A DNA stretch of 64,000 nt from Geosiphon pyriformis uo1 (lineage: Eukaryota > Fungi > Glomeromycota): contig JAAOMT010000590.1 of assembly GCA_016748015.1 (NCBI GenBank), positions 367,912 through 431,911 on the forward strand, in the 5' to 3' direction. Both the position numbers and the translations under genes were made by a program. Each line of letters starts with the position of its first letter. The first letter of the stretch is position 1. Shown here one piece after another: positions 36,840 through 49,600 of this stretch. The notes under the pieces are model-generated. The model did not search any database and was not told where the DNA came from. It saw only the letters and a list, made by a program, of their open reading frames with translations.

Positions 36840-38716
36840 TGGCAGTCGATTTGAATATGTCCTTGTTTACCACAATAGTGGCAGATATGCGTTTCTTGTT
36901 GCCACTGTTAATTGGTTGATAAAGATGGATGTGGTTGATTTTGGCCATAAGTAGAGTTTCCTTAATTGTTGCATCGTTGTAGAGGCTGATAAATGGTGTA
37001 ATTGTCAGCTAAGTATCCTTCTAATCTCTTATTAATTGTTTTACTGAACTTCTCCAATTTGGAATCCAATTCAGATGATCTATTCATTACTAGATTAATG
37101 GCTTGGGCATGGTTGATCTCTGACCCAGTGGATTCAAAATCTCTGGCGCATGTGACTGCATCTTGAAGTGTGCCTGAATGCAATAAACATACATGTTGCA
37201 GAATGCTGCTGCGCAGGCCACAGATAAACTGGTTGAGGATCTGTGGTACTGTAAAGTAGTTGGCATCAATTGCTTAAATTTGGCGCAGATTTTGATGGAA
37301 GCGTCCCAGGTAAGTGGTGACTGCTTTAGTTTTTTTTTGTTTCATGGTGGTAAACATGTTGACTAGGCAATTGATACTGTTATTGTTGCTGAAGTATCTT
37401 AGGAATTTCACTTTGAAGGCATCAAAATCTTGTGGTTTATTAATCAAGCTCTGGTACCATGAATTGGCAGTATCCTTGAGAAAGTAGAGAATGGCTTGCA
37501 TTGCTCGGGCGTCATTCCATCCATTGGCTGTGATGGCCTTTTCTATATCATTCAGACATACTTGAGTGTCATCCTCTTTACCAGTAAAGTTGTCAAGTTT
37601 TGCGATTGGTGTGTAGGCCATTGGATCTAAGTTGAGTGGTTGTGGCGGCTGTTGCTGGAGTTGTTGAAGAGATAATGGTTGTTGGGGTGGTACTTAAGGT
37701 GGTTGAATTGGCTCACTGATAGGCTCAATTGGTGGTTGATCGATGACAATAACTGGAGGTAGGTTTTGCTGATGAATTAACTCGGGGTTTTGATTTCTTT
37801 GATTTGGCGGGATTCAAATATTTGGAGTTTTGATTTCCAAATTTTCTAAATGTTGCTGAGTTTGAATGTTCAGGTTTTCTAGAATCAGGTTTTGGTAATT
37901 AAATTCCTGATCCTTGTTTTTTTTTTCTTCTAATTCAGTAATTTCTCAGGGACTAACAGTTCCAAAATCTGGCTGATGAAATGGTGATCAAAATCCTGAT
38001 GGTGTTGACAATCTTGATTTAAATCCTTCAAAATAATTGCTGTATGCTCTTAATAGTTTGTTTTTCTTTTGTTTACTCTGAAACATGATTCTTGCTAGTG
38101 GCGTCTTTGTACTAATGAACGCGTCTGCTGGTGCAATATTGATGATACTTCCGGGCATGTAATGATATGATGGATATATCAGAGATTCAATTCTTTGTTT
38201 CTTCCAGTTAGGAATTTGTATTTCTTTGGATGTTACTACTGGTGTCTGTAGTTTTCCTTTGCCCTTGTCTTGATAAGTAATAGGGAATGTCCTTTGTGTA
38301 TATCTTTCAATTTCTTGGTTGATTTCTCTGATAATAGGTGCAAAGCTGTGATTTTTTGGTAAGTTGGTGTGTTGGATTAGTTCCAAATAGAAATTTTCTC
38401 TTGCTGATTCAATGTCAACTGGTCTTCCTAGGAAATCAGTGATTTTTTCATTGACATAGAAGTTGAAAGCTAATTCTGCTGGATAATGGTTGTTGTTTAG
38501 ACCTAGCTGCTGGCTGTACTGTTGAAATAAGAATTTCACAAATCCTAAATGGTTTGTTTCTATTATTTCTGATTCTGCCACTTTTGGTTTGGTGTTGTCG
38601 GTGCTGGTTCTCTGTAGGATTATACCTCACAGAGAGCACCAAATATTACAGGTGACTATTTCTGCTGTTGAATTAAATAACAAATTCGTAACTTGGTGCT
38701 CAAAAGCTACTTCCAT
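36840..38716 (-). pseudogene. Gag: extra N-terminal domain, Q/P linker, capsid, CCHC nucleocapsid
   Basis: Capsid-like KLDNFTG...ANGW...ANSWY. Knuckle CHYCGKQGHIQIDC. Same frame as the protease. Confidence 0.88.
38625..38643 (-). other. Primer-binding site of copy A
   Basis: tt-TGGTGCTCTCTGTG directly after the 5' LTR, complementary to a tRNA 3' end ...GAGAGCACCA. Isoacceptor not determined. Confidence 0.85.
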
Positions 38717-39435
38717 TGATGATGTTCTGCAAGTGTTGTATCTAAAGGTTTTGATGGAGTCCTTTGTATAACAGACAGAGATTCAATAGTGTTGATAATA
38801 GATGTATCTTTCCAAGAGTTTTTCCAATTTCTTTCTCAGTGTGGTGGCTGGATTTAGTTTGGCAGTTATGTCTTTCTGGTAAGCTATCCAATAATATATA
38901 AAATTCTACCCTTATTTCTGGGTCTTTTACCAGGCTATCCTTGACTTCAATAACTCAGTGCTTAATCTTTTAATCAATTAGTATACAACAACAAAATCAA
39001 AGAAAGAAAATAAAATAAAGAAAATAAAAATAAAGAAAATAGAAAAAATAAGCCAAGACAATTTGGTACGTTAGTATCCTGTCAATAGCCATGATCAAGA
39101 GCTATTGTTCCAGTGTAGTTAAGTATCAATTACTATCAACACTTCATGTTGATAGTAGAGAGTGAATTGAGATATAAAATAATTATTTATTTGATGATTT
39201 TGTCTCTAGGCTAAGAATTCTGTGGTATCAATTCTGTCTTTTTTGTTTCTATCACTACTGCTATATATACAGATTTGAGATTCCCCAATTCCTCAATTCT
39301 TCACGATGGGAATCCTGGAATTCCTGGAATCCTGCAATTCCTTTGAGAGGAATTCTGGAATTCCACATTTACTACGCCTACTTCTGATTGGCTAATAATT
39401 ATACTAATATATTTTCTATATTTCTATGAGTAACA
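38644..39435 (-). repeat. 5' LTR of copy A
   Basis: Direct repeat of 29424-30253. CCAAT (~39386-39390), GGAATTCC-type array, TATA (~39262-39269). Confidence 0.95.
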
Positions 39436-42400
39436 CCAGTATTTAATAGTTATAGAAAAGAAAGTAAGTGATCAACTCCAAATCTTTGAAGCAGAAACCA
39501 CTATTTTCAAATCAGAAAAAATTGCTATTACTAATCTCTATATACCAGCTAGAAATCACAAACACATTAAAATTTTCATCCACAATATAATTAGAGACAT
39601 CATTGAAATACCAAGCAGAATTATTATTAGATACTTAAGCATTAAAGTTAAAGACCAACTACCAAGCACTATTCCAGATTTTCTACAATTTTGCAAATAT
39701 GTAGATATTATATTACAAACAATATACAGATGAAAAGAATGTTATTTGCTTCAACCAGAACAATTGGAACAAATAAACTTGGGAAACTTAGATCCACTTC
39801 AATATATGCAATTCAAAATATTGCTTAGCAATTTCACTGATATTTTTGCCAGTAAAAACAAATTTGGCAGAACTGACATAATTTAGCACCAGATTAAGAC
39901 TGAAAATACAATACTAATTAAACAAAAAACATACAGAGTACTATCAGCAAGCCATGAAGTCATCTGACAAGAAATTAATCAAATATTGGACAATGGGTTA
40001 ATTCAACTATTAATGAGTCTATGGTCATTATCAGTAGTACTAGTTTGTAAAAAAAATGGAAAAATTTGCTTTTGTGTGAATTACAAAAAGCTCAACAGTA
40101 CTTGTAGAGACAATTATCTAACTTCACAAATTCAGGAATTATTCAATGCTTTTGAAGGAAAGAAATAGTTTTTTATTTTGTATTTAAATAGTAGTTACTT
40201 GCAAGTAGCCATAAAACTGGAAGACAAAAAAAAATGGCATTTATCACAAGAAAAAAAAATTTCAAATTTAAAGTGATACTATTTGGCTTAACCAATGCTC
40301 CAATAACTTATAGAAAGTGTTTATACTAAACTATTATAAAAATTAGTAATTGTTTATTTGAATAACACCAATGTATTCTCAAAAACATTCAATAATCATC
40401 TTCATTATCTACAACAAATGTTCAAAAGACTCAAAAGAGCTGAATTAAAACTGAATACAACTAAATACTTCTTTAAAAAAACAGAACTAAAATTCTTGGA
40501 ACATGTTGTGAGCAAAAATAAAATCAAAACAGATTCAGACAAGATTGAAATTGTTAAAAACTTTCCAGTATCAACAAATCCTACAGAATTAAGAGCATTC
40601 TTGGAATTTGCCAGATACTACTGCTGTTTTATCCAGAACTTTTCAAAAATAGCTCAACTATTCTATCAGCTCTAAGCCAAAAATATAAAATATAAATGAA
40701 TAGAAACCCAGCAAAAAGCTTTTGATATACTAAGAAAAAAGCATATTTAAGCACCAGTATTAATCTATTTAGATTACAGCAAGTTATTCATTATTACAAC
40801 TAATATATTTGGTCAAGCATTAAAAGCAGTATTATCTTAGAGAAAACTGGATGGAAAAGAACATCTAGTAGTATATGTTAGTTGCAGCTTAAGTTTAGCC
40901 AAAAGAAACTATAAAACACCAGTACTAGAACACTTAGCCATCTATTGAACAGTCATAAAATAAAAAAAATACTTAAGCCAAAAATTTGACATATATACTG
41001 ATTACAAAGGATTAACATTAATTCAAAAGCAAAAATTTGGAGATGATTGCCATGCAAGATAGAAAATAGAACTTTTACTATTTAAATATACAGTACATTA
41101 CAAAAAGAAAAAAAAAACAGAAATGCTAATGGTTTATCATAAATAAAACAAATCTAAGAACATTTTAACCCAAAAATATAACAAAAAAATGAATACACAA
41201 AAATATTAACAATTTCAGCATTATATTAATACCCAACAGTTCAAGAAGAAATTATCTTAAAAAGAACAAAACTACATAAAACAGCAATCAAAATATTTTA
41301 TCACTCACCAAAATATATTATATTAAAAACAGAAAGAATTCAGATCAACCATTCAAAATAATCACAGAACTAAAGAAAAAAACAATACTATACAACATGC
41401 ACTTAGATCCAATAACAGAACATTTTTATAAAGAAGCAATCATAGAAAGAACCAGAAAAAAATATTATTGGCCATCAATATATCTAAACATTATTCAATA
41501 TGTTCAAAATTGTGATGCTTGTCAGAAAAAAAGAGAAACAAGATCCAGTAAATTATTAAGACCAATTAGAATAGGACAACCATTTAATAGAATTGGAATT
41601 GACTTAGTCAAACCATTAAAAATAATTAGCAGAAACAATCATTTTATAACAGTAGTCATGGACTATCTCACAAAATGGCCAGAAACAAAAGCAATTTAAA
41701 GAGCAGATGCAAAATTTGTAGCTAAATTTGTTCATCAAGATTTGATTTGTTGGCATAGATGTCCAAAAAAATTGTTATCAGATCAAGAAACTCACTTTGT
41801 AAACAGAATATTAGCAGAATTAAGCCAAAGATTTGGAATCAAAAAACCATTATTATTATCATATCATTCACAAACAAATGGTTTAATTGAAAAGTTCAAC
41901 AGAACATTGTATGAAGCAATTGCCAAAATCAGCCAAAAAAACCAGGATGAATGAGATTTGTTTATACCATCAGTACTATTTGCTTATTGGACAATGAAGC
42001 AAAATACCACACAAACAACATCATTTAAACTTGTTTATGATAAAACAACAACATTACCAGTCGATATAAAAGTTAATATATATCCAATAAATGAAGCCAA
42101 TTTTCAAAAAACATTGCTAAGAAAAATGTACAAACTAATGGAAACATTAGAAAACAAAAGACAAAAAGCAGCTGATAACATTCAAAAATCACAAAAAAAA
42201 CAGAAAAAACAATATAATAACTAATTACCAGATAAACTAGTTGAATTTAGGATTGAAAACAAAGTACTTTTACATTATACCAAAGCAAAAAAACAATAGA
42301 GTGAAAAATTTGACTCCAAATAAGATAGATTATTTTACATAGAAAAATTTTTAGGAAATAAAGCTTACAAACTAAGATAAAACAACAAAATCTTAGTTAA

Positions 42401-45400
42401 AACAGCACATAAAGATTGACTGAAGCCATATTATAATATAGTATCATCATTTATTAGAAATATTTCATAACTAAAAGTACAATGAATACTAGTCCAACCA
42501 GATAAAATCCTACAAGATCTTAAACCAATTATAATCATTAATTCAAATATGTTAAATTGATTAACCAAAAGAGTATATAAGGACATAATATATGTGACAA
42601 AAAATTCAAAGAAAATAGAAATACCAAACCATATCTACACTTTAGCTCAACAATTATTTCAGGCCTTAAATCAACAACAATTGAACATAGAAATTATCAT
42701 CAACTACCAAACAATCTGCTATTAAAACACCAAACAAAAAGAAAAAAGTACACCATACCAGTGACCACAAAATCAACCAAGAAACTGATCGGATAAAATA
42801 GTAGAAAAAGTGAAGAACACTTTTGGGAAAATATTTATTATGGTTTCAACAAAAAAACTTTCAAAAGAAAATTGAAAACAATAAATAAAATAACTTCTAA
42901 TATCATACTATTACTATTAGTTAGAACAAAAGTTAAATATTTAGAAGTTATATTTTGATAAAACCAAAAGAATATTCAATCAAAAGATAATATAGAATAT
43001 TGAAAACATTATTAAAAAAAAAACAAATCTGACACTACATATTAGAACAATCTATCAATTACACATGATATTTCAAAACTACCCAGAAATATTGCTACAC
43101 TTTGACATAGAGACAATAATCATTAACCAGTGGAAGAGAATGAACAACTCATAAATCAAAGATATAAAAAGCTGAGTTGAACAAACAATATTAAAAAGAG
43201 AAGTCATGAACCTAATTCAAAATGAAAATTTCAACAGAGTTCAATATTAAAAGAAAGAAATAATATTACTCATAAAAAAAACATACAAGAAAAATAGTAG
43301 AAAAAAACAAATAGACCAATAGGAGAATAGTAGCTAACATATAAGTATATTGCTTAAAAAATTATAGTATATTGCTCAAAAATGTGAATGATCTTATAGA
43401 ACTCAAATTATATATATATAGTAAGAGTGTTAGAAGCAGAAAAACAAAATCAATACCAAAATTTCCTGATTAAATCATTTTAGTTAGAATCATTAATATT
43501 AATAAATAATTATTCATTATCTAAATCACTCTCTTCACTATTAACACTTTATGTTAATAGTATCCAATACTTGATCATACTGGAATAATAGCTTTTGATC
43601 ATGGCTATTAATAAAATACTAATTCTTTTTTGTCTTGGCTTATTTCTTATTTCTTTTTTTTTGTTTTGTTTTATTTTGTTTTGTTTTGTTATTATTTATT
43701 AATTGATTGAAGATTAAACATGTGGAGTTATTAATATCAAAGTGACTGGTAAAAGACCCAGATATAAGAATAGAATACTTAAAAATTGAGAATAGCTTAC
43801 CAGGAGGATTACTGGTTATTATGCTAAGAAAAAAATTTGACAGAATTGCAATTCTAGAAAGTGACAGATAAAAACAACACTTGAATCTCTGTTTATTATA
43901 TAAAAGACTCAATCAAAATCTTCAGATATTAACATCTATACTAGCTATTAAGCACCAAGTTATGAGTTTGTTATTTGATTTGAGACCCCAAATAATCATT
44001 TGTAATACTGAATTTGAATTGTTCAGATTTTGTTGGGTTAGAACAATTAAAGTTTAAATTTCTGGGTTTTCTGAAATTGGATTTTGATTATGAATTTTTT
44101 GATCATTGTTTTTCTTTTTTTTCAAGTCAGTTTTTTTCTAAAGACTAGTGGCTCTGAAATCTGGTTGGAATAGTAGTAATCAAAATCTTAATAGGATTGT
44201 TAATCACAATTTAAATTCTTTAAAGAAATTGCTATAGGTTTCTAGTAATCTGGCTTTTTCTTGATTGTTTTGAAATAGTATTCTAGATAATAGTATTTTT
44301 ATAGTTGATAATAATATGAATCCTAATGATATGTGAATAATACTTCTTGGTATATGATAATATGATAAGTAAATAAGTAAAATAACTCTTGGTTTCTTCC
44401 AAGTAGATAATTGTATTTGTTTTGAAATTCTTGTTGATGTTTGTAATTTTTTTTTGTCTTCAAAAGTAATAAAGAATCTCTGTTACATGTAATTTCTAAT
44501 TTTTTTGTTTATTTCTGTAATTATTGGTGCAAACAAATGGTTTTGTGAAAGTATAGTGCTTTGAAATAGTTTATTGTAGAAACTGTTGAGAGTGGTTTCT
44601 GAATTTTTTTGGTTTTTCAAGTAGGATTTGATTTTTTTGTTAACATAGAAATTAAAAGCTGATTCTGCTAACCAATTATTACTTGTCAATTTGAAGTGAC
44701 TTTGATAATATTGAAATAAAGATTTCATAAATTCTAAATAATTTTTTTTTATAATTTTTTGGTTTGTTATTTTTCTGGATGGTTACTATTGATGCTGATT
44801 TTCTGTTAGATTATATCTTACAAAAAGCACCAAATATTACAAGTAATTATTTGGGGTGTTAGTACAAATAACAAATCCATAACTTGGTACTCAATAGTTT
44901 AATAATGATAGTAATATCTAAAGGTTTTAATAATCTAAAGATTTTGGTTGAGTTTTTTATATAATGAACAAAGATTCAATAGTTGTTTCAGTATCCTTCT
45001 GGAAGCTTATTCTATGAATTTTTTTTTTAGTATGGTAACCAGTTTATTTTAACAGTCATATCTTTCTAGTAAGCTATCCTTAAATTTTTACTCTTATTTT
45101 TAGATTTTTTATCAGGCTATTTTTAATGTCAAATATTCGATACTTAATCTTTTTAATCAGCTAATAAACAACAAAATAAAACAGAGAAAAAATATAAAAA
45201 TATAAAAAAAAAAAAAAAATAAGAAATTAGTATTCTGGTAATAGCTATAATCAAGAACTATTGGTCTAGTATAATTAAGTATTAAATTTTATCAATATCA
45301 GGTGTTGATAGAGTAAAAATAATTAATATTTCTTAACCAAATGATAATAACATAGATTTAAGTAATAATTGATATTTTATTAATATATGATTTGATTTTG

Positions 45401-45699
45401 CTTTAAGTTGTAAAAAACTATCTTTTAAAAAGAAAGATATAAAATAATTAATGTTATATAAAACTTCTTAAATTTCTTTAATTTTTTTAACCAAGAATTC
45501 TAAAATTTCTAGAATTTTGTAATTTTTCAAGAAAAATCTTAAAATTTCTTTTTTACTATACCTATTTCTAATTGGCTACTTTATTTTCTTATTAAAAATT
45601 TCTAAATTTCTATAAGTAACATTATGTTAAAGACATAATTAATAATAATGAATCTAATAAAGCATTATAATCTTAGTTGTATTTATTTAATTATTTATT

Positions 45700-46660
45700 T
45701 AATATATTTAATATTAGATCTATTATTTGTTATAGTGGCTAAAACAGCAAAAAAAAGTTGGTTAAATATTACTCTAAAATAAATACAACTGTAATGCTTT
45801 GTATTACATTAGATCTATAAAAAAAATTTATTATTTCACAAAAAAAAAATTTTTGGATAATAATATTAATAAAATAAAAGAATTGTAAGTTATTAATTTA
45901 TTTAAACAGTTTTATTTTCCAATTCTCACACAATAAATAAACTTTTAGAATATATATTCTTTTTAAAACAGAGTATATACTGAACATTATAACAACATTA
46001 AATGATAGTTTTTGTTAAATAGCAATTTTAATAATACTATAATATTAGTCATATAATCTATATTAAAGACAAACTTTAATGATAATAAGAAAAAAAAACT
46101 TAATAAAATTAATCATTATATTTCTGAAAAAATGACCAATAGAAAAATAGATGTAATAACATCATGAAAAGTAAACTACAAAAAATATTTATTTAAATTA
46201 ATATTTTATTAATAATTTAATATTTAAGCACATCAAACACAATTCTCTTATTCTATATATATAACTCATAAATTATTTGGCAATCCAAAGATTATTTGTT
46301 GCTTCTGAACGTGTTTTTTTTGCAGATAAGAATATAATTACAGATATGAGGTTTTGCTTAATGCCTAAAATTATAAGAGCAATACAGTATTTTTGATTAT
46401 AGATACAGAGACTATTAAAAAAAATTAAATAATAATATAATATAATATAATGTTTTAATAGTTGAATCTAAACATGTTCATAAACTTTAAACTAAACTTG
46501 AATCAGATTTGTTGCATGTATTTGGGTTTAGTTTAAATTCAGTAATTTTAAGTCCAGTTCAAGTTTAAGTTTAAAATTTTGTCAAATCTTCTGTTTAAGT
46601 TTAGTTTAGTTTAATAGTTTAATTGAACTTAAACCAAACTGGACTGAACATTAAAATCTT
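45700..46660 (+). mobile_element. hAT transposase C-terminal remnant with subterminal repeats
   Basis: KKLVKYYSK...TLDL*KK (decayed LDPRxK) at ~45750-45830. YLAIQRLFVASERVF at ~46274-46318. Short ttYaagtt / aaact repeats run to ~46650. Confidence 0.75.
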
Positions 46661-49600
46661 ATACAATACTACTTCTTTATATAAACAATAATACTACTAT
46701 CAACTCTAAAAATAAATAGATACAAAATACATATATTAAAACTAATACTTAAAATTTTTACAATACTAAGTAGTTTAATCATATCTTTTAACAACAAACT
46801 TAAAAGACTATTAACAGAAAAAAAACTGAACTATATATTAAAATTAAACTTCTTTTTTAATAAATGTATAATATTAGTAAGCCAAATATTTTTTTTATAT
46901 ACCAAGCCCAAATTATACACAAAATTTATAATCTTATTAACAGCAATTTTAGAATTTCTAAAAACAAAGAAAGATTCTAAATATTAATTCCTAAAACAAA
47001 ATTTTTACACAAAACAGTATATATTATTGTATTTAATGAACATAATAACAACAATTAAAGCACATAAAATAATAATTTGTGCAAATCAGAAAAAAAAATT
47101 TATATAGTAATTTAAAAAACTAATAAAATATTATAAGCAATAAAGTTTATTAAACATAAAAATAAATAATTGAAAAACTTAATATTATTACATAAAAAGT
47201 ACAGAATACTATAATAGCATTTATCATATAAATATTTGTAAACAGCCACAAATAGCTAATAATATAAAACTTTTATAAAATAAAAATAAATACTAGCAAT
47301 AATCTAACATATATATTTAATTACTATATAAAAATATAAATATTATATTAGTAAAAAACTAATTCAATCTATGTTTAAATTTAACTTTAATCCAAAATTT
47401 TAATACTGCAACTAGTTTTTTAATAAACACAATAGACTACTTAAAAAATTTTATAAATAAAATATTATATATTATCAAATATACATATATTATTAGCTTT
47501 TAAAAATGTTTTTTAAACTATAGTTGGAAGTACCAAGTTCGAAAATAATATAACACTAGCCAACATAAGTTTTATTATTCTCAAAAACACCAAAATAGTT
47601 TTTAACTTTAGACTAAAACATAGGCAATTTTTTTTTGCTAATTATATTTGCAATATAATAACATTTTATTTAAAAATAATTACAAAAATCAGACAATACC
47701 AAAATTAATTTTAAAAAGCAAGTATTTATAACTATTTGACTGTTTAAAAACACTATAATCACACAAAAAAAAATACATTTTAAAATCAATACAATAATCT
47801 ATAATTTAGCTATAGTAAATAAAATCAAACCAAAAACTTTAATCTTATTACTGAAATCTAAACTGTTAAAAAATATTATAGTACTAGTTGTCATGTTTAT
47901 TAAACTTAAACTTTTTAAAAAACTATTAATATAAATAAAAAAACAAAAAAAATCAGTTTTTAACAATTTATTATGTACTTAACAAAATTTATTAAAACTT
48001 AAAACATTCAAAGATTAAATATCTGTTGTAAAAAAAAAGATTAATAATTTGTTAAAACATTCAAATATATTACTGTTAATACAAATTATATAGAAATCAA
48101 ACCATAAAAGTTAAATTGTTTTTAATATTAAAAGCTTTTTTAGTTAAAAATTTTACCATTTTTATTATATAACTGTTTAATAAAACCAATATTAAAATGT
48201 TTAATTAAATAATAAATCTTAAAAAAAACAGAATTACCAAAGATTACAGATCTTGAAATACTTTTAGAAAACCAAAATACCAAAGACAAAATGTTGTTCA
48301 AGAACAAATTATAACTACAAAAAATTTTAATCATACCAGCCAAAAAATTGTTAATCGGATTAATATTAAAACAAATTAAAAAAAGCAAAAAATAATAAGA
48401 AAACTAATTTAACATCTAAAGATCCCAAAGATTTATAATTAAAAAGTCTGTTTATAATATTATTAATATTTGAAAAACTCAAGATAAAAGTCAACTTATA
48501 TTTAGTTTACATTTGCTTAAAAAACTTTAAACTATATAGAAAAAAGTAATAAACTGCATTATTAAAAAAGTCTGAAGGCAAACTAGTCTTTGATCTTAAA
48601 TTTTTTTAAATTAAAGTGTTTTATTTATTATATACACTGATTAAAACAAAGCTAAATTGAGTTTTATAATTAATAATAAGATATAAAACTGCCAAAACCA
48701 AATAGAAAAACTGTTTGTTAATTATAATTTTTCTTAAAACTTTGTCTATAAAAAACTTAAAATTTAAATAAGTCTTAACTAAACTAGGTCTTAAAAACTC
48801 ATCTGTAAACACAAAAATATTCAAATATTTATATGTTTTCTCTTTTTTGACAATAAAAATAAGCAAATTACTAATTGTTAAAAAAAACATTAATTTTATA
48901 ATTAATAAGAATAATTATTATTTTATTATTATTGATTAAAATATTATTTATTTAAAAAAAGCCATTTGTAATGTCTAAAATATACTAAGTTATGGCTTAA
49001 CTATATTCTACTTAAATTGTATTATTAATAAAAACACTAACAACAAAAAATAAAATTATATTTGTTTAGAATTTAATTCATTTAATTTGAACAACAAACT
49101 TAAAATTAATTTTATAACTGTATATACTTTTTTGTCTTTTGATTTTGTATAAAAAAAAATCATAAAAAATTTATCAAAAAAAGAAAAAAAAATTTTACTT
49201 TAATTCAGTCTATTATAAACATAGTAACTATCTGTTAAACCAAAATTAATTATAATTTAATTAACTTAATTATTGTAAATACTATCAAAGAATTTAACAA
49301 ATTTGTTATATATTTTGATTTTATTTAAGCTATTTTTTAAATGTTTTTAATTTATAAAATTACATGCTTTATACATATCTTGTAAAATTAACCAAAGTTT
49401 ATAATTCTTTTTTAAAGTATTTTTTACTATCAATTTAACTATAAATATAGAAAATTGTATAATTATACTTTTTAATACTAAAAAATTATTTTTACAAAGA
49501 ATATTAAACTTATTGTATGTCAAAAAAATTTTATTAAACAAAATCTTAAAAAAAATTTTTTGAGCTGTTTCAATTAAAACAATAAACTATGTATTTATTA

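Larger units (their letters stand above)
29424..39435 (-). mobile_element. Ty3/Gypsy copy A (innermost, best preserved, full length about 10 kb)
   Basis: Paired LTRs, perfect 4-bp TSD ccag (29420-23 / 39436-39), PBS, PPT, and domain order PR-RT-RH-IN. Confidence 0.96.
24358..44007 (+). mobile_element. Ty3/Gypsy copy B (middle); 5' LTR 24358-25108, 3' LTR 43264-44007; interrupted by copy A
   Basis: TG...CA 5' LTR. PBS tttggtgctctctg at 25109. PPT aaaagaaagaaataa before 43264. TSD ctgg (24354-57) / ctga (44008-11). The pol reading frame continues across A (FISLYDQ|YLIVIEKK). Confidence 0.92.
16279..45621 (-). mobile_element. Ty3/Gypsy copy C (outermost, most decayed); 3' LTR ~16279-17094, 5' LTR 44835-45621; interrupted by copy B
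   Basis: Two homologous LTRs. PBS remnant at 44821-44834. Gag, PR, dUTPase, RT (YLDN), RH, IN and ORF3 remnants are colinear with copy A. Gag continues across the B insertion (24357/44012). Confidence 0.88.
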
